NCBI GenBank assembly: GCA_047601445.1
Contig: JASGJH010000001.1
Coordinates: forward strand, 6,720,001-6,784,000
From: Myxococcales bacterium
GTDB taxonomy: Bacteria > Myxococcota_A > Polyangia > Polyangiales > DASUME01
Reading direction: 5' to 3'
Length of the DNA: 64,000 nucleotides
Below the pieces are notes generated by a model, which saw only the letters and a program-made list of their open reading frames with translations, was not told the origin of the DNA and did not search any database. Below, piece after piece: positions 27,204 to 35,913 of this stretch. Position numbers and translations under genes: made by a program. Every line of letters begins with the position of its first letter. The stretch's first letter is position 1.

Positions 27204-28838
27204 TCAGCGCGCGGGCAGCACGCTCGCCAGCGAGAGGCGAACACCGGCGAGTTCGATCGTCGACCAGCTCGCTCGTGGCTCGGGGATATCCACGAAGCTC
27301 TCGCTGCTGTGATCCAGTCGGGTGCGACTTGCTTCGAGCTCTGCGAGCAGCGCGCCGTGGGCATCGAAGACCCGCAAGGGCTCACGTGCTCCATTCGGCG
27401 CTTCGCGCTTGGTCAGCCCAGCCCAGCGAGCTTGATGATCGGCGTAGATGATCAAACGGACCCAGGCGCTGTCGACGCTCGATGGCTCATTGCTCTTGAC
27501 GATGAGCGGCGTCGTGTTCACCGAGAGCGCGCGATCGGCCAGCGCGGCATAGTTGTAGTCGCTGATCCACTGCGGTTCGCAGTAGCCCATGAAGTCCTTC
27601 ACATCCGGAGGGATCAGCTCCTGGCTGCGCGAATCCCAGCCCCAACTCCCGATGTCGCCACCGGGGTAGGGGTACTTCCGGTCGGGCCCCGCGGCGCCGC
27701 CACAGGGCGCATGCGGACGACCGTGGGCGTGCCCGATCTCGTGTACCGCGCTCGAGTAGGTGGACTCGCCGCCGAAGCCGAGACTCAAGCCGACTTGGTC
27801 GCCGGTGGAGGCTGTGATGTTCAGCGGCGCGAGCCCAGACACGCAACCGCCCGTGCAGAAGTCGCTCCTGCGGCGCGCGGGGGCCACCAGTCCAAGGTAG
27901 TAAACGTCGTCTTCGACGTCGTCGTTTTGGCGTTGCCTGGTGATCGCTGCGAGCAGCTCGGACCAGCCTTGACCCGACGAGGTCACGGCGTAGTTCCAGG
28001 ACATCATGGGAGCCAAGCTGACGTCGACCTTGGGCACGGGGTAGTGAGCCAAGAATGCCGAGCGCAGCCCGTCGACCAGCGTCGCGCTCGTGTCGGGCAC
28101 GAAGTTGCCGACGCGGACTGGCACGAGGACCAAGCGCAGGGTGCCGATCTCCGTGGCATCGAGCGGCTCTGAGCCGCTGCTCGGCGTCCGCGCGCGCAGG
28201 TTCGGCTTGCGCTTGGGATCGCACTTCACTTCCACCACGGATGCGGAGATCTCCGTGTTGGTTCCCAATGCCGCGGCGGGCACACTGAAGTTGAAGGTGC
28301 TCTCGAGGTCGCTTTCCACCGAAGCTGACCGCGGCGTCAGCTTGGCTTCGAGCATGGTCATCTCACTGCCGTTGGTGAGCGTGAGGATGCCGAGCACCTC
28401 ATGGGGCGCGTAGCCTGTGAGTGGCTTGATGAACAGGCGGACCAGCGCCTGCTTGTTCTGCACCACGGGGGCCGGTCGATCGGTGACCCATTCTTCTTCG
28501 GCGAAAAGCGGGATCTTGACGGCCTGGTAGAGCGACAGTTCGGTGATGCTCAGGGTCTCCACCAGCGATTCATTGCCCGCGCTACACGGTCCGGGAGGAA
28601 GCGCAGCATCGACGCCTGCGTCGCGCGGCGCCGTGTGGCCGGCATCCCTGGCATGCGACGATGCGTCTCGTGGCGAGTCATCGTCGCCACCATCATCGTG
28701 ATCTCGGCTTCCTCCGTCGAGCTCGTCTTCCGAGCTGGGCCCCGAGTCGAACACGGACGCTGGTTGCGTATCCGTGCGCGTGGGTACGTCTCCGGCACAA
28801 GCCGCGAGTAGCACTGCGAGAGAAGGGGTGAGCCGCAT
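27204..28838 (-). CDS. Metzincin zinc peptidase lipoprotein (M66-like)
   Basis: HEIGHAHGRPH, YPYPGG.IG.WG.D, Met-turn DFMGY; lipobox LAA-C. Confidence 0.8.
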   Translation of the reverse strand: MRLTPSLAVLLAACAGDVPTRTDTQPASVFDSGPSSEDELDGGSRDHDDGGDDDSPRDASSHARDAGHTAPRDAGVDAALPPGPCSAGNESLVETLSITELSLYQAVKIPLFAEEEWVTDRPAPVVQNKQALVRLFIKPLTGYAPHEVLGILTLTNGSEMTMLEAKLTPRSASVESDLESTFNFSVPAAALGTNTEISASVVEVKCDPKRKPNLRARTPSSGSEPLDATEIGTLRLVLVPVRVGNFVPDTSATLVDGLRSAFLAHYPVPKVDVSLAPMMSWNYAVTSSGQGWSELLAAITRQRQNDDVEDDVYYLGLVAPARRRSDFCTGGCVSGLAPLNITASTGDQVGLSLGFGGESTYSSAVHEIGHAHGRPHAPCGGAAGPDRKYPYPGGDIGSWGWDSRSQELIPPDVKDFMGYCEPQWISDYNYAALADRALSVNTTPLIVKSNEPSSVDSAWVRLIIYADHQARWAGLTKREAPNGAREPLRVFDAHGALLAELEASRTRLDHSSESFVDIPEPRASWSTIELAGVRLSLASVLPAR

Positions 28839-28984
28839 GGGAAGCATACCTTGGATGAGGCGCCCGCGGACGAGCGCATACGGCACGGCATTCCGAGCGA
28901 CTGGCGCTCGGGCGTTGAGTAAGGTTCAAACGTCTTGTCGAGTCGTGTCTGTGGTCTGCTGTCGCGCTGTCGCGCCTTCAGACG

Positions 28985-29560
28985 TCAGGGCAAGCTCTGC
29001 GTCGCAATCTGAAAGGTGTCCGGGCAAGTGGTCACGTTGGCCGTGAGGCTCGCGCGAGCGCTTTGACCCATGTAGTGAAGCGGGCCGTCTGGGTCGGCCT
29101 GATCGCGCACTTCAACCACGTACTCGAGGTCCATGCCGGGACATAAACTCCGGCTCTCAGTGGTTGGACCGTCCTGCCACGCAACGCGGTACGGAGGGTT
29201 CCCGCCGCGCGCGACCACGTCGATGGTCAGGCAGCCTTGATCGCAGCCGCCGACCACGACGAACATGAATTCAAGCCTTGCGGGCGGCGTGTCGACGGGC
29301 GCCATGCCCATGAAATCGCTCGCAGCATCGTTGTCAGCATCCGCATCGGCATCGCCAAGATTGCTATCGCCAAGGGCGGCATCCGCTTTGACTTCTGCGT
29401 CCACGCGCGCGTCGTGATGGACCGGAAAGTCACCTTGCTCGTCGTACCCCAGGTCCAGTGGATGGGCCTGCGGACACCCCGACATCGGCACGAAGCCGGC
29501 GAAGACCAGCATCGACGCGCGAGACGTCATTCGTGTTATGGCAAGGACGACCGAATGCAT
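28985..29560 (-). CDS. Hypothetical lipoprotein
   Basis: MSG-C lipobox-like, DA-rich linker, GGNPPY..W Ig-like motif. Confidence 0.55.
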   Translation of the reverse strand: MHSVVLAITRMTSRASMLVFAGFVPMSGCPQAHPLDLGYDEQGDFPVHHDARVDAEVKADAALGDSNLGDADADADNDAASDFMGMAPVDTPPARLEFMFVVVGGCDQGCLTIDVVARGGNPPYRVAWQDGPTTESRSLCPGMDLEYVVEVRDQADPDGPLHYMGQSARASLTANVTTCPDTFQIATQSLP

Positions 29561-30580
29561 GACGCCCCTCTATGCTCGGACGGCCACGGTTCCATCCCAG
29601 GAATCGCCCGCTGTCGGTCTTTTCTTTTCATCCCGTGGGCGCGGCTATTCGTTGGCTTGGTTTTCAGCTTCTCTGCAGCCGTCGCGCAGGCCTCATCGAG
29701 CGCCGCGACGATTCGCTGGTCTGCGCCCGCGGGCTGTCCGGTGGAGGCCGAGATTCGGCGCGGCGTGGAAGAACTTCTGCGTGCGCGCTCGACGGACCCC
29801 GAAGGGCACGACGGCGTGGTTGCGGAAAAATCCGTTGGTGTCGTGGCCACGGTCGCGCGCTCGAGCGACGGCACGTTCGAGGCGCACTTGACGCTCTCTT
29901 CGGGTGACGGCAACGACGAACGTCATTTCTCGGGCGAAACCTGCCGCAGCGTCGCGAATGCCGTGATGCTGATCAGCGCCCTCGCCATCGATGCGACGCA
30001 GGTTGCACAGAGTGTTCTCCCAACGGCGCCTTCCCCGCAGAGTTCTCCAGCACCCGCGGACGACTTGCACGCCACCGTGGCAGCTCGTGCAGCGGGGGAT
30101 GTCGGCTCGCTTCCTGACTGGACCGCCGGACTCGGCTTGAGCGTGAGCGTCGAGGGCATGCGCGGGTGGCTCGAAGCCGAGCTCACCACGTGGCTGCCGC
30201 GCACGGCCCTCCATCGGACTCGCCCCGACGATCAGGGAGGAGAGATTGGCCTGGTCAGCGCCGGCCTGCGTCTCTGTCCTGTCGTCTTGAACGGCCGGTC
30301 CTTCGCGTTCGGCCCCAGCGTCAGCGGCGAGCTGGGCGCGATGTACGGCCGCGGCATGGGGCTAGCGCATCCGCGTACAGCGCACGGGCTCTGGGGAGCC
30401 GCTGCGGTCGGTCTCGCGCTGCGCACCCGTTCGCGCAGGGGAGCATTCGTGCAGTTCTCCCTGGATGGACTCGTGGCGCTGCGGCGGCCGAGCTTCGCCA
30501 TCAACCATGGGTCCGTCATCTTTCAGAGCCAGCGTTTTGGCGGGCGGGTCTCTATCGGCGCGGGTTGGAGGTTTCCTTGA
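29555..30580 (+). CDS. ECF-associated exported protein with C-terminal beta-barrel (start uncertain)
   Basis: AQA signal, WSAPAGCP...GETC, Pro-rich linker, amphipathic strands ending GWRFP. Confidence 0.65.
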   Translation: MHDAPLCSDGHGSIPGIARCRSFLFIPWARLFVGLVFSFSAAVAQASSSAATIRWSAPAGCPVEAEIRRGVEELLRARSTDPEGHDGVVAEKSVGVVATVARSSDGTFEAHLTLSSGDGNDERHFSGETCRSVANAVMLISALAIDATQVAQSVLPTAPSPQSSPAPADDLHATVAARAAGDVGSLPDWTAGLGLSVSVEGMRGWLEAELTTWLPRTALHRTRPDDQGGEIGLVSAGLRLCPVVLNGRSFAFGPSVSGELGAMYGRGMGLAHPRTAHGLWGAAAVGLALRTRSRRGAFVQFSLDGLVALRRPSFAINHGSVIFQSQRFGGRVSIGAGWRFP

Positions 30581-30612
30581 ACGGATTTTGGAACTTCCGG
30601 CATAGAGGGAGG

Positions 30613-31209
30613 GTGCACACCCGCTCTCTCTCGATTCCTTGGCCGAACGGACGCGACCCGCAGGGCGGGCCGCGCGCGGAGAGCTTGGACCGAGACGTGA
30701 GGGACCTGCCGAGCGTCGAGCAAATCTACTCGGACTACGCGGGGTTCGTGTGGCGAGTGCTGCGTGGTATGGGAATCGCGGAGGATGTCATCCAGGACGC
30801 CGTGCAGGATGTGTTCGTGGTGGTCCAGCGACGCCTGTCCGAGTTCGATCATCGCTACTCCGTGAAGACCTGGCTCTTCGAGATCGCCTATCGAGTCGCG
30901 TGCAGCTCACGGCGCAGCCGCCACCGAACGCGGCTTCACGAACCGACCAGTGAGCTCCTGCAGACCCCGGCGCCGAGCCCTCAAGAGGCGACCGAGCGCT
31001 TGCAGAGCTCGCGCCTCCTCACGGAACTCCTCGATACGATGGACGATGAGCGACGCGTCGTGCTGGTGCTTTCGGACATCGAGGGCTTGAGTGCCAAGGA
31101 GATCTCCGAGCTCACCCAGGTCAACATCAACACCGTGTATTCGCGGCTGCGGCGCGCCCGAGAGGAACTGAGTCGGGCCCTCGCCGCGCGCGGCTGGAGG
31201 CGTTCATGA
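30613..31209 (+). CDS. ECF RNA polymerase sigma-70 factor
   Basis: DAVQDVF, KTWLFEIA, EGLSAKEIS, NTVYSRLRRAR. Confidence 0.9.
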   Translation: MHTRSLSIPWPNGRDPQGGPRAESLDRDVRDLPSVEQIYSDYAGFVWRVLRGMGIAEDVIQDAVQDVFVVVQRRLSEFDHRYSVKTWLFEIAYRVACSSRRSRHRTRLHEPTSELLQTPAPSPQEATERLQSSRLLTELLDTMDDERRVVLVLSDIEGLSAKEISELTQVNINTVYSRLRRAREELSRALAARGWRRS

Positions 31210-32027
31210 CCCCTGAACGGCATGGGCTGTCCGAGGAGGCCGCGGCGCTCCTCGAAGCCGCTCGCGAGGAGTATTCGCCACAGGCCCACGAGCTGGCGAA
31301 CGTGCAAGCCGCCCTGAAGGCCAAGTTTGCGCACGCAGCGGTCTCACGCCGGAGCGCGTGGTGGCGGGAGATCGTGCGACACACCGTGCATGCGGCCTCC
31401 TGGCAGTGGATGGCGGCAACCGCTCTGGCATCCGGCCTCGTGGTCGGCGCGGCGACCATCGGTCCGCTTGCCCGCAAACCCTCGACGGGCAGCGACGAGG
31501 TGGCGCTGCCTGTCCACGCTGCAAGGCACGCCGCAAAGCCAGGCCGGCGGCCGCCGAAGGATGCGCTCGGCCAAGCTTCCGCGGGAGAGACGAACGGGCT
31601 TCCTGCGCAAGACCCCTCGAACGCACGCGAGTCACCGGCGTTGCTGCGCGAAGCGCCACCCGGCGCGGTCTCCACGCGCAGCGTCGAGCGCACAACGAAG
31701 CCCGCATCGACGAAAATCGCCTCACGTACGGGGGATGCGAACGAGCCGTCTCAGGTTACCCATAGCCTGGAGCAGGAGACCGCTCTACTGCGACGCGCAC
31801 GCGAACGCTTAGCGTCAGGCGCGCCAGGAGAGGCCCTGGAGCTCCTGGATTTGCACGCGGCGCGGTTCTCCCAGGGCACGCTGCGGCAGGAGCGACTCTT
31901 CTTGCGCGTGCTCGCGCTTTGCGCCCTCGAGCGAACGGCGGACGCACGTACGGCGGCCGGGCAGCTCTCCTTGCCCGCGGGCTCGCCGTATCGTCAGCGT
32001 TTGGCGCACTCGTGTGTCGAGCCCTGA
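31206..32027 (+). CDS. Putative anti-sigma factor (single TM, Pro-rich linker, TPR-like C-terminus)
   Basis: ATGA overlap with the sigma gene; LEQETALLRRAR..L..G...AL..L..H..RF..G.L.QER. Confidence 0.7.
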   Translation: MTPERHGLSEEAAALLEAAREEYSPQAHELANVQAALKAKFAHAAVSRRSAWWREIVRHTVHAASWQWMAATALASGLVVGAATIGPLARKPSTGSDEVALPVHAARHAAKPGRRPPKDALGQASAGETNGLPAQDPSNARESPALLREAPPGAVSTRSVERTTKPASTKIASRTGDANEPSQVTHSLEQETALLRRARERLASGAPGEALELLDLHAARFSQGTLRQERLFLRVLALCALERTADARTAAGQLSLPAGSPYRQRLAHSCVEP

Positions 32028-33583
32028 GCAGCGGCGCGCGCACGTCGACGGCGAAGGATCCCTCGCGAACAAAGTGCCAGGATCGCGAGCCAGAGCAGCA
32101 GGGATGGCTGCTGCCCTTGGACCGCGTGCACCCGGCAACCGCAACCGTCCCCATGAGTCGCGTCGGTTGGGTCGCTCGCCGAGCCATCCATCGTGCTCGC
32201 GCTCGCGTCGCTGCCCGCGCTGCTAGAGCTGCCGCCGTCCTTGGTGTCGCCCGGGCTGGGGTCCGACCCGCCGTCGGGTGAGGTGCCGCCAGCATCGGGC
32301 CCGCTTGCCACGCAGTCCCTGGACAACGCGGGCAGGGGCAAGTGCTCACGGTACAGCGTCCACATCTCCTCGGAAAATGGGTCGGCGCCGTCGGCGTCGG
32401 CCACGTCGCCGGCCATCCAACGATCGACGTAGTCGAAGTAGGCATCATGGTTCCAGAGGCTCTTGGCGCCGAGCATGGAGGCGGAGAGCATCTGTCCGAC
32501 CCAGTAGCCGCTGGTGCAGCAATTGCGGTAGTCGATGCAGCCGTCCACCACGCCCGCCGGGTCGCGACAGTCCTTGGCACCCGAGCCCGAACAGCCCGCT
32601 CCAAAGTAGTCACCGAAGCCGTCTCCACAGTCCCAGCCGAACAGGGCCTTTCCACCCGCGCCGAAGTAGGTTTGGCCGTCCTCGCCAAAGGTCGCGTCGT
32701 CGTAGTCCGTTCCGAGGGCCTTCATCTCGCAGTCGTCGAGCAGCGCTGCCGCGAACACAATCGGCCACTTGCGACCGCTGTGGTGACCGCCGTTGGGGGC
32801 CCAGTTGCCACCGGCCTTCAGGATTCCGTAGTTGTCGATGCCGAGCTGAATCAGCGAAGCTGCCAGCTCTTTCTGTTGCGGCGTATCGAGCAGCACGTGG
32901 AGCGCTGCTGCGCTGATGAAGGCCGAGACCTCGCGGCCGTAGCATGCGTGCTCGCCAGGCCCGTTGTTCCAGTTCTCCTCCGCACAACTGAATTGAATGG
33001 TCCAGGAGCTCAGGTGATCTGCGCGCGGACGGTCGGCTTGAACCAGGAGCTGCGCGCCGCTGGGGGCCGACTTGGGCGTAGGTAGCTTCGGTAGCCGGTC
33101 CCAGTGGATCTGCGAGAGATTGAAGGTCTTCTTGTAAGTCCCCGCGAACGCCGGACGAAAGGTCCCGCTGGGCTGCGGCGCATCCACCACGGTCAGCACC
33201 GCCTGCGACACCATGTTGCCGGCGTTCATGATCACGGCGCCCTCGGGCTTGCTGACGCTCGAGACGATCGATTGTCCCGCCTGGAAGGTACGGGGAAACG
33301 AGACCTGATCCTCAGTCTTGTATTCGCCACCGCGAGAGTCGTAGCCCTGACGCCCTCCCATGGGGTTCACGCACGATCCGTTGCGCATCCCGGTCGGTGC
33401 AGGCGAGACGGATTGAACGACCACCGGACCTACGACCCAGTAGTCGCCCGTCGCAAACTGGCCGGATTCATGAGCGTGATCGAAGGTCCACGTCACGCCG
33501 TACTGGGAGATCGACGACACGGGAGCGGCCTCTGCTTGTGACGTCCACAGCAGCGCTAGCAGCAATCCAAGCCATGTTCTCAT
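31994..33583 (-). CDS. Secreted MYXO-CTERM protein of unknown function
   Basis: Signal AEA-A; SISQYGVTWTFD..GQFATGDYWVVGPV; GGHHSGRKWPI; GCGC-TM-RRRR tail. Confidence 0.8.
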   Translation of the reverse strand: MRTWLGLLLALLWTSQAEAAPVSSISQYGVTWTFDHAHESGQFATGDYWVVGPVVVQSVSPAPTGMRNGSCVNPMGGRQGYDSRGGEYKTEDQVSFPRTFQAGQSIVSSVSKPEGAVIMNAGNMVSQAVLTVVDAPQPSGTFRPAFAGTYKKTFNLSQIHWDRLPKLPTPKSAPSGAQLLVQADRPRADHLSSWTIQFSCAEENWNNGPGEHACYGREVSAFISAAALHVLLDTPQQKELAASLIQLGIDNYGILKAGGNWAPNGGHHSGRKWPIVFAAALLDDCEMKALGTDYDDATFGEDGQTYFGAGGKALFGWDCGDGFGDYFGAGCSGSGAKDCRDPAGVVDGCIDYRNCCTSGYWVGQMLSASMLGAKSLWNHDAYFDYVDRWMAGDVADADGADPFSEEMWTLYREHLPLPALSRDCVASGPDAGGTSPDGGSDPSPGDTKDGGSSSSAGSDASASTMDGSASDPTDATHGDGCGCRVHAVQGQQPSLLLWLAILALCSRGILRRRRARAAAQGSTHECAKR

Positions 33584-33728
33584 CGGCTCCCCCTCCGAAC
33601 TCTCACGCCTACCACGCGGAAGGGGGAGGACCCCAAGCAAAACGTGGACCGAGGCGACCTGCCAGGCCGAGGCCCAGTTCGTCACCAGCGATGCACAAGT
33701 GCGAGGAGGACGCTCGGAGCTCGCTAGA

Positions 33729-34130
33729 TTACAGGCTAATCAGCCAGTCCTCGGCGTGGCGAGGATCCGTGAACACCCGCACGGTGATGCCGAGGGTGGC
33801 GTAGCTCTCGGTAAAGCGCCTCATGTTCATCTGCCCGACGACGGAAGCGGGCGGCACCAATGCCCAGTACTTCCAGCCAGCCTTGAGGGTCGCGGGGAAC
33901 CAGACGGTCTTCGCCCACTCCTCGTCTTCGGGCGGCAGCGCACCGTTGAGGCGATCGTCAGAGAGCCACTTGGTTGCGCCCTCGCGACGCATGCACTCGA
34001 CACCGATCGAGAGCGCTTGGCGAAACACCTCGCGATAGCAAGGCTTGTGCATCTGGTGGTGAACTAGCTTGTTCGAAGGATCGATCCAAACCGTGATGTG
34101 CTCGTTCTCTACGGCTGCCTGACGACTCAT
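33729..34130 (-). CDS. STAS/SEC14-like small protein
   Basis: KWLSDDR...EW....WFP....AGWKYWALV.P...F.....AEDWL. Confidence 0.75.
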   Translation of the reverse strand: MSRQAAVENEHITVWIDPSNKLVHHQMHKPCYREVFRQALSIGVECMRREGATKWLSDDRLNGALPPEDEEWAKTVWFPATLKAGWKYWALVPPASVVGQMNMRRFTESYATLGITVRVFTDPRHAEDWLISL

Positions 34131-34311
34131 GCTGTGCGATCTTCGACCGATCGGGCAGGAGGGTGCCAGTGCAATTGCGCCCCGTGGCTCGCATTTCTCG
34201 CAGCGAATCAAGCTCGTACTCAGCTTGACTGACAGAAGGTCGCATCTTGCCTGGGCTGGCAGAGAGAACGAGTTGCTTTGCGGACAAGCGTGTCGTTTTC
34301 GTGCACGACAC

Positions 34312-34341
34312 AAAAAAAGGCCCCGCTGAAAAGCGGGGCCC
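34312..34341 (-). terminator. Rho-independent terminator after the sugar-binding protein gene
   Basis: Minus strand GGCCCCGCT-tttc-AGCGGGGCC followed by T7. Confidence 0.85.
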
Positions 34342-34373
34342 TCTTGGGCACTTCGAGCGTCGACCGCCCGTGC

Positions 34374-35774
34374 TTACTCGCTCAGACTCGGGTACTGGTC
34401 CACACAGGCGGAGGCGAACGCGGCCGCATCGCCGTTCTTGACCGCCTCGAGCACGGCCTTCTGCCAGCAATCCCAGTACGAGGCAGGAGCGTAGTCCCAG
34501 GCGCAGCGCATGAGCGACACGCTGGGATCGCGGAAGGCCTCGGCGGTCTGACGACCCACGGTGTCGTAGCCCGAGGTGTCGGCGTCGATGCGTGCGGGCA
34601 GCGCGCCCTTGAGCTTGTTGAAGGAAGTCTGCACGTCAGGAGAGGCGATCATCTTGAGGAAGTCGATGGCAGCCTCGCGGTGCGGTGCGTCCTTCGACAT
34701 CATGAACGTGTCGCCCGCATACACGAAGGCCTTGGGCGGGAACTGCACGACGCCGAAGTCCGTGTCGGCTACGTCGCCCTTGGACTCGAGGTACGCCTTG
34801 ACCCAGTTTCCATGCAGGAACATGGCCGCGCGACCACTGTGCACCAGGTCGGCCGCACCTTCCCACTGCAACTTCAGCGCGTGAAGGTCCGAGCCGGTGG
34901 CCGCCAAGCTCTCGTTGCCGGCGTTGGAGTAGTCCTTGAGCAGCTTGACGAAATCGTTGGCCGCCGCGATGTAGCGAGGGTCCGCCGGATCGGCCTTGCC
35001 CGCGTAGTAGTCCTGGCGGAACTGCACGCCGCCTTCGCGGGCCATCAGGACCGCGTCAGCCACGAAACGCACCGGCCACGCAGAGTCCGTGTAGCCCGAC
35101 GAGATCACCATCGGAATGATCGGATTGCCCTGGGAATCGACGGCGCCCTTGAGCTTCTCGCCGATGGCCCACAGATCTTCCATGGTCTGAGGCGGAGTCA
35201 GGTTGTACTTGGCGAAGATGGCCTTGTTGTAATAGAGGTCGTTGATGCGGCCGACGGAGAGCGGAAGCGCGTAGATGCCGTCGCCTTCCTTCATCGACTC
35301 CAAGATGCCCGCCGGGAACTTGTCGAGCCAGCCCTCCGACTCGTAGAGCTGGCGCAGGTCCGCGGCCATGTTCACCGGCGCCACACCCGCATCCGCATCG
35401 GCCTGGAACTGCGTGTAGCTGGTGAACTGGTTGCCGAAGATGGTCTGCCACGCGTCCGGCGGCTGGCCCGCTGCCAGGCGTGTGCGCAGCTTCTTGACGG
35501 CCTCTTCCACCGTTCCCGACGCGTTCGCCACCGTGGTGGAGTTGAGCACGTCACGGCCCGGGAACCGCGTGCTGTAGCTGTCGATCAAGTTCGCGAGGGC
35601 TTGCGCTTCACCGCCGGCCGTCCACCAGCTGTAGATCTCGACCTGATCTTGATCGGCGCCAGCATCCTCCAGCGGGCCGTTGCTAGCCTTCTCCTCGCTG
35701 TCCCCACAGGCAGCGCTGAGCGCGCACAAGAGAGCGGTGGCTCGTCCAAGACGAGTTTTGACAACATACTTCAT
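34374..35774 (-). CDS. ABC-type sugar (glucose/mannose-like) substrate-binding lipoprotein, no cognate permease nearby
   Basis: VEIYSWWTAGGEAQAL, PPDAWQ, HGNW, FNKLKGALPAR.D; lipobox. Confidence 0.85.
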   Translation of the reverse strand: MKYVVKTRLGRATALLCALSAACGDSEEKASNGPLEDAGADQDQVEIYSWWTAGGEAQALANLIDSYSTRFPGRDVLNSTTVANASGTVEEAVKKLRTRLAAGQPPDAWQTIFGNQFTSYTQFQADADAGVAPVNMAADLRQLYESEGWLDKFPAGILESMKEGDGIYALPLSVGRINDLYYNKAIFAKYNLTPPQTMEDLWAIGEKLKGAVDSQGNPIIPMVISSGYTDSAWPVRFVADAVLMAREGGVQFRQDYYAGKADPADPRYIAAANDFVKLLKDYSNAGNESLAATGSDLHALKLQWEGAADLVHSGRAAMFLHGNWVKAYLESKGDVADTDFGVVQFPPKAFVYAGDTFMMSKDAPHREAAIDFLKMIASPDVQTSFNKLKGALPARIDADTSGYDTVGRQTAEAFRDPSVSLMRCAWDYAPASYWDCWQKAVLEAVKNGDAAAFASACVDQYPSLSE

Positions 35775-35913
35775 CGAAACCTTCCCCCTTACTATCTGAC
35801 TCGAGTTCGTTCCCCGCGAGCTCGATGGCACTCAAATTTCAGCCAATCAAGGCGTGTCTGTCACCAGACAACGCGCAGTCTTGAGATGCACAACACGCTT
35901 GCGCGGGCGCCCT

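Noticed and set aside
34155..34168. TGGCACCCTCCTGC (minus) as a sigma-54 promoter
   Set aside because: GG-GC spacing is 9 nt, not the required 10.
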